Origin: Nemertoderma westbladi | Lineage: Eukaryota; Animalia; Xenacoelomorpha | Length of the DNA stretch: 42,469 nucleotides | NCBI GenBank assembly: GCA_032718475.1 | Contig: JAUCBJ010000310.1 | Span: forward strand, 1 to 42,469 | Direction: 5' to 3' | Notes under the pieces: model-generated | The model's input: the letters and a program-made list of their open reading frames with translations, nothing else | Databases searched by the model: none | What the model was told of the DNA's origin: nothing | In this document: piece by piece, positions 36,335-42,469 of the stretch | How the letters are laid out: the number at the start of each line of letters is the position of its first letter | How positions within the stretch are numbered: position 1 is the first letter of the stretch | Translations under genes and position numbers: made by a program

Positions 36335-36655
36335 AACTTAGGTCCTACATATACGAACATAGATCCTATCTGGATGAACTTAGATCCTAACTAGGTGAAC
36401 TTAGATCTTAACTAGGTGAACTTAGATCATAACTAGGTGAACTTAGATCCTAACTAGGTGAACTTAGATCCTAACTAGGTGAACTTAGATCCTAACTAGG
36501 TGAACTTAGATCCTAACTAGGTGAACTTAGATCCCACTTTATGCTATTAAAAGCCTTGTAATTTTCATGCTAGTCGAGAAGCGAACTTAGATCCCACGTT
36601 GAAAGCAAAGCGATCTTAGAGAAGCGAACTTAGAGAAGCGAACTTAGATCCCACT
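36335..36655. repeat. 21-bp tandem repeat GAACTTAGATCCTAACTAGGT (~8 clean copies at 36376-36533)
   Basis: Direct reading. Lies inside a region bracketed by inverted GTCACTTNCCCAAT-like motifs (36187-36220 vs 37197-37293). Confidence 0.88.
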
Positions 36656-36913
36656 GCTTTGGCCGTGTTCTATCGATACTATAGTATATTGTACTGTGTT
36701 ACATTACATTAAGTATATAAAAGTATTTATAATGATCTAATGCAAATAAGTCATGCACTCAAATTATTTGCGATCAGTGACACTTTCATAATTTTTTAGA
36801 AACTTTTTTCCTAACTAAGCGAGTGAGGACAAATATATTTTAAAATTAATTAATGTTGGTGAAACACATCATCGTCAACTGCTGCTTGACAATTCAAACT
36901 AAATTTGTTAGCA

Positions 36914-37104
36914 TCTACAGTGGTATCTACTGTATTATTAATATATACTTCTGTAGCAAGCGTTGCTGTATGTTGTATGTAAACTAAATTTGTGAGCATC
37001 TACAGTAGTACAGTATCTACTGTATTAATAGATACTATACTACTGTACTTAACTGTACTACTGTACTAGTAAGACAGGCGCGCGAAGCGCTCCTGGTTTG
37101 CTAG
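36914..37104 (+). mobile_element. Possible mini-Helitron
   Basis: GC hairpin CAGGCGCGC-GAA-GCGCTCCTG (37075-37095), then CTAG|T (37101-37105); A|TCTAC candidate 5' ends upstream. Confidence 0.4.
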
Positions 37105-38412
37105 TTAATTATAAATATGCGGCATGTATTAGGCGCATGTTTTAAGAGTATGAATTTAAATTTTGTAGAATCATGGGAATTTTGAGAAACTTACTATGGG
37201 CAAGTGAATTATTGGGGAAATGACTTATTGGGAAAGTGACTCGTTTTTAGTTTTAGATCAATTTATTTGGCAAGTGACTCATTGGGGAAGTGGCAGGCAT
37301 ATGTGCAAGTGATTGCACCCCACTAGTTGTGACCAAGTTAGTACAGCAGTTCCACAGAATTTACAATTACATCTTATGTTTGGACTTCGGAGGAGTGTGG
37401 AATGAGGTGGGGGGGGGGGGGGGGGGGGGGGGGGTGAGGGGGGGAGGGCAATTTTAAGTGAAACCCGTGCGCTGTCATGCCGGTGTAACAGGCTGAGATA
37501 ACTCCCCACCAAATATGACTCCCCAGTCTTCTCAGCCGAGGGTGAGAACACTCCCCAGTCCTCTCAGCCTAGGCTGAGAACACTCCCCAGTTTTCTCCCT
37601 AGAGTTCTTAATTAACGGAAAGGAGCAGGTTACAGTGCCGGGCTTTTCTAACCAAAACAATAAAACATAACTCAATAACATAGGTTACAGTTTTATTTTT
37701 GCAATATACGAAAATAACACAGGTACGGATAAGAACTATAACTTATTTAGGGAACGAAATATTTTCGGCTCAAAAATATTCGAATATTTTTGCAAAAATC
37801 CCGAAATACAAATAGGGGACTATACGATGTGCCATCCCAAGCCCAACAAAGAAACTTCAACAATCAGAGATGAATCTTTGTTATTGCAGCAAAATGACAT
37901 CAAAGTTTTCAGACATGCGGTATTGCCGGTGAGATACTGTATCACCATTTATCCGCTATCAACTTTGAGCACAGAAAGGGAAAGATGTATTTTGGAGTTG
38001 TTGTAATTGCTAAGCATATGAATCATTAAGTTATTGCTATTGGTATCATGATACCAATAATCATGATAGTTATAAGCTATTAGTGTTAACACTTAGTTAA
38101 CACGTGTAATGAAAATGATAGTTCCGAGAATGACTGGTAAAATAAATAACAATTTGAATTAGTCACCACCACTTAGAGGAGTAATGCTACCTACCGTGTG
38201 CCTACTTTACTGTATAGTCTATAACTGTTCCCATCAAATATGTAAAAAAATTTAGCAGCTATGCCAATTAAAGTAGAACACAAACACAATCTACGCTTTG
38301 CGTACAGTACTGTATAGATATAGCATAGGCCTACTACACCTCACTACCAAATTTATACAGTATAAAATTCAGATATATTATTAAACAAAATTGTAATATA
38401 TTAGTGGATGCT

Positions 38413-39471
38413 ATGTTGTCATCAATCCTCGGTAAACGACGCACCTGTGTTTCTCAGGAAACAACCCCCCACCCCGTAAAACAATACAAAATGGATGACT
38501 TTCCTAAACTCATAGTCCGAGAGGGCGAGATGCAAGCATACCGCTCCCTCCTAGATCAAAGTCACATAGCCAACTTCCTCAGAGAGGACGTATGCTGTTT
38601 GCTATCCGACAAGTATCTATTGGCCATAGTGTTCACTTACTTTAAACGAGCTAATTACTCTGTCGCAGAATTTGGTGTGTTCAACTTCTTCGTAGCTCTT
38701 TACCTAGCTGCAGACGTAGAGGAAGACGACGATGAGTGGAAGAAGGAGTTACTCCCCTGGGCGCTGGGTGCGTCATGGCGTCGCAATTACAACGTGTTCT
38801 TCAAGGCCAAAGAGATACTTTGGAGTAAAATGGGTCATCGCGCGATTGTTAGTCGGGCGTGTTGCGATGAAATAATGTCGATTGCGCCCACCATGCCTGC
38901 CTGGCAACGTGAGCGGCCGTTTCATCACGCAGGAGCTAGGCGTTCATACACCATAGTGCGCCCCCCAGCGGGCAGTCAGGCATCGACCTGTCCGTGGTGT
39001 GACGACAGCGGGATTAGTCTGAGCGACTCCTCCCAGTCGTCTGGTACTCAACTTCTCAACTCAGAAGAGTTTGGCGCCTCCCAAGATGAGTTGGTTCCTT
39101 CAAAAGGGGAGCTGGTAGCGTTCGCCTCCCAGGCGGGGTTTATCCCCTCCCAGGCCTCGAGTAGGTCTGAAGACACTCCCAGTCGGTCGGTCACCTTTTC
39201 AGAGTGCGACTGCGAGTACTGCCGTCTAGCGGACCAACACGGAATGATGGCGCACTTCCCGGCGTCTATATCTGAGCCGGCTGTGACCTCGTGGTCCATG
39301 GAGGGCAATCGGGCCCCGAGCGAAGTGGCTTATTCCGAACCAATGTGGTTTCATGACGATATGGCCGTGGTACCCGGGAGTTCTAACGCCAGCGCTGAGC
39401 CTTCCGATGATACATTCTATACTGTCGGCAGTGAGTTTCTAGAGAGCGAAGATAAAATGGACATCATCTAG
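38413..39471 (+). CDS. SPDYA: Speedy/RINGO (Spy1-domain) atypical CDK activator, 352 aa, intronless CDS
   Basis: Speedy box FLREDVCCLLSDKYLLAIVFTYFKRA...NFFVALYLA..VEEDD...PWALG..WR...LW..M..RAIVSR.CC.EIM.IAP...WQRER..HH.GA.R, then a Ser/acidic tail. First ATG at 38413; AATAAA at 39561. Family call is firm; the exact paralog is not. Confidence 0.93.
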   Translation: MLSSILGKRRTCVSQETTPHPVKQYKMDDFPKLIVREGEMQAYRSLLDQSHIANFLREDVCCLLSDKYLLAIVFTYFKRANYSVAEFGVFNFFVALYLAADVEEDDDEWKKELLPWALGASWRRNYNVFFKAKEILWSKMGHRAIVSRACCDEIMSIAPTMPAWQRERPFHHAGARRSYTIVRPPAGSQASTCPWCDDSGISLSDSSQSSGTQLLNSEEFGASQDELVPSKGELVAFASQAGFIPSQASSRSEDTPSRSVTFSECDCEYCRLADQHGMMAHFPASISEPAVTSWSMEGNRAPSEVAYSEPMWFHDDMAVVPGSSNASAEPSDDTFYTVGSEFLESEDKMDII

Positions 39472-41188
39472 TTATCTGCGTACAGGGTTATATTCCCATA
39501 TCCAATACATATTAAAATGGGTTAATTTCAGTTAATTTTCATATTTTAGTGTCCATTTTCAATAAATTATTGTTCTCTAAAATACAGTTTCATCTGTTTC
39601 TATTATTCCATTCCAATGAATTTGTGTTTCTTATTTTTAACTTATAATATGAGGACGTTAGGGAATTCCCAACACCCTACCCCGCTGTTTTCGCGGTGCG
39701 CAGAGCCACCAAAGTGATCCGGGAATGCTCACCATGTCAATGGTAATAAGGTCCCACACTGTAGGGCTATATAGTCTAGGCCTACTACTGCAGTATACAG
39801 ACTTGATTCATATGGTTTTGTTAGGTTGTTATAAACCTCACAGGGAAGATCATCAACCATCGCAGCCAGAAACCAATATCGACTGAGTAATAAGGGGCTT
39901 TGAATGCTATTCAAAACAAAGAAGGGCAATCGGTTGAGTTAGGGTGTTGGTACGTTAGATAGCTTTGGTGGTGTTGAGCATCGGATGCAAAGCATTCGGA
40001 AATGCAGGAAATTTTGTTCAGCTTATTTTCCCGTTCTGGTCTATTTCTCCATTTTCTGTGCGTGTCTCAAAAACATTTGGGCCTGTCTAAGTGTTTATCA
40101 TTTGAGAGGGTTTTAGGTAGGTACTTTTCATATAATAAATACTATTTCCAAGGCTACGTACGCTCCCAAGTCTAGGTGGATTTTACCCAGTGCTTGTGTT
40201 CAATATTTTACTCAATTTATACTAATTTTCTAATTTTTTTTCTTTCGTTACACCGTTTATCAATTCATCTGTTCTATATTATTATTATTATTATTATGCC
40301 CTATTTTTTTGTTTGTGTTTACTTATTTTTTCAATTTTATCAAATTTATATCAATTTTTGCGATCTTATTATCTGCCATTCCATTTTATAGTGCACAGTT
40401 GTCTGAAATTTTATAGTGTTGTTATTTAGTTTCATTCGCTTAATAATATAGTACCGGTATATTAATATTGGGTAAAATGGTTAATTTGTATTTCAATGTT
40501 TCGGATAATGTTAAGTTGGTATTTTTTTACTGCAGTACATAGAATGTGTCTATAGGGAATAATTGTACCCTACACAGTATAATAACGCAATAACAATACG
40601 AGGGAAATGAGCGGGTTAAAAAGGCTGGCTCTTCTGTTTTCTCAGGTTATACTGAGGTATTTCTGGCTTGCAGCGCGCAGCGCACTCTGTTTTTTGCTTC
40701 TGGTTGAAACTCAAATTTACATTTTACCAATGTAATTTTATAAGTGACATTTTGGCGCGCCAAAAAAGAAATTTTGACATGTTAAAACTTTCAGTTTTAT
40801 TTTCTATCGAAATTAAAATTAAAGATTGCTCTGGAAAGAAAGTACAGTAATTATATTACCGGGGAATGAGGACATTTTGGGTTTCTTTTGTGACCATTTT
40901 ATGTTTCTTGTTCTTATAAAATTCCATTATCGTGCTATATTTACAAGGATGAAGATTTACAATATATTACCATCCCTAAATAGTTTATGTCATTTAAATG
41001 TTCAGTTTTAACTTGTTTGTGTTAATTATACTGGTGCTACTAATAACTACTATTTGATGCCCAGTTATTAATTACTATAAATACGTATCAATTTATTTTA
41101 CTGTTACAATTCTAAAATAATTAAGTTTTATTTATTCCATGTTGTTTGTTTGTTTGTTTTGTTAGTTGAAGTTAAATTAATGTTCTTT

Positions 41189-41690
41189 GTGGGGCGAGCC
41201 ACGAAGTTGGCGGAGCCTTAGCGAATTGACACTGTTAGGGGGTGGGTCAATTTATGCAAATAGTTGTCGTCGTCGTCGTCGTCGTCGTTGTCGTCGTCGT
41301 CGTTGTCGTCGTCGTTACGATTTTGACATGCTAATAACTTTGTCGGATTTAAAGCTGCCAAGTTGAAAATTTGTAGGTATCAATATGAGCAAAAGTTGAG
41401 ATTTTTGAGAGACTTTCAGACACCATCAGTGCAATGGTCTCCCGCTAGAGGGCCACATGTCTAAACATTAAATGCCCTCCCATTTCTTTGCTTTTAATCC
41501 GTTTAAGCTGAAACTTGGCAGATATGTATTAGACCATTAGCTGTGACTTTCAAAGGAGGCGAATCCATCTGCAGTTCTCCAGTCTGCCGCTAGAGGGCCA
41601 ACGTGACTATTTGCATAAATTGACCTACCCCCTAACAGTGTCAATTCGCTAAGGCTCTGCCAACTTCGTGCTGCGCGAAGTCCCCACTTC
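41189..41690. mobile_element. Non-autonomous element with ~75-bp inverted repeats and a (GTC)n microsatellite (HINE/DINE-1-like layout)
   Basis: CACGAAGTTGGCGGAGCCTTAGCGAATTGACACTGTTAGGGGGTGGGTCAATTTATGCAAATAGT is inverted at 41607-41670; (GTC)n at 41266-41315. Confidence 0.7.
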
Positions 41691-42469
41691 GTGTAGGTTT
41701 TATATGCAGTTCCCAGTGAGGTGTCTATGTTTTTCTTCAACCCATCTAGCCATATTTTTGCCCCATTTGAGTTGAATTTTGTTTGTTTTAGGAAACTTAC
41801 CATATTATGTTCCTTTCTTTAATAATTAATGAAATAAAAACTATTACACTTTGATGCCAAATATATTTATAAACTTTTATTAGGAAGATGGGGTTGGGGG
41901 GGGGGGGGGGGGTTGTAAGGCTTGTTAAAGTAAATTTAAAATTTTTATTACAGATCAGTGCCGATGTTTAGAAGTTTAAAAACGTTTACGTATTTATTAT
42001 TATAATTCTGATTACATCAATTGAATAGGATTACTACAGCAGCTATAGTTTATCGGCGGCGTATAGCAATATTTTTTATTTGTTATAAAATTATATAGGC
42101 TTAAAACAGCCTTAAATAAAAGTTGTGTCCCAATGCTGAAATGTTAAAAACTAGTTCAAAAAATAAGATGCACGTTTTTTATAAGTAACCCAAAAGCCAC
42201 AAATGTTTCGTCCAGTTTGCAGGTTTGGACTCGTCTTTGGCAATGAGGCCCTTTGGTAATGATCAAGGGCTGTTATATACAAACACTGGCTCCGCTGCTA
42301 CACGGAAAATTCCCACCCGTGGGAGTCCCTTAACTTTGTCTGTTTTACAGATAATGGACAACTTGCTCATTGTAGGTACACAGTAGACCATGCATTCCCT
42401 TCTTTGCGGGTGGGGAAGTCTTCCTTTGAACTAGTTCTACATGAGTGAGTCTGACCCGTGGGCCGTGAT

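Noticed and set aside
32918-37551. Poly-Pro ORFs at 32918-33228 and 37279-37551
   Set aside because: Arise from poly-G homopolymer tracts in non-coding DNA.
39669-39950. 11-bp inverted repeat CCAACACCCTA/TAGGGTGTTGG
   Set aside because: Too short, no TSD; insufficient to call an element.

Overview
AT-rich invertebrate animal (metazoan) genomic DNA, not prokaryotic. The backbone is a + strand Fat/FAT4-type giant protocadherin gene. I traced 17 GT-AG exons (7257-29057, all splice phases compatible, ~2,288 aa) encoding about 16 cadherin repeats, EGF x4, LamG1, EGF5 and part of LamG2. Its 5' exons lie upstream of the window, and I could not find its 3' exons (end of LamG2, EGF6, TM, cytoplasmic tail) in the window. 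An apparently intact antisense BEL/Pao LTR retrotransposon (gag-protease-start of RT, long leader, probable 5' LTR) fills 1-7128. Three compact genes with intronless CDSs sit in or downstream of the traced Fat exons: an antisense protamine-like Arg/Lys/Ser/Gly protein with an acidic leader (26667-27113, clearly intronic), a small cold-shock-domain/Gly-rich RNA-binding protein (31978-32292) and a Speedy/RINGO CDK activator (38413-39471). All three families are associated with gametogenesis, so this may be a nested germline gene set. The introns also hold foldback MITEs, CRE- and RTE-type LINE fossils, a tRNA-like SINE head, Helitron/HINE-like pieces and several minisatellites. All calls come from reading and translating by eye; no searches were run.
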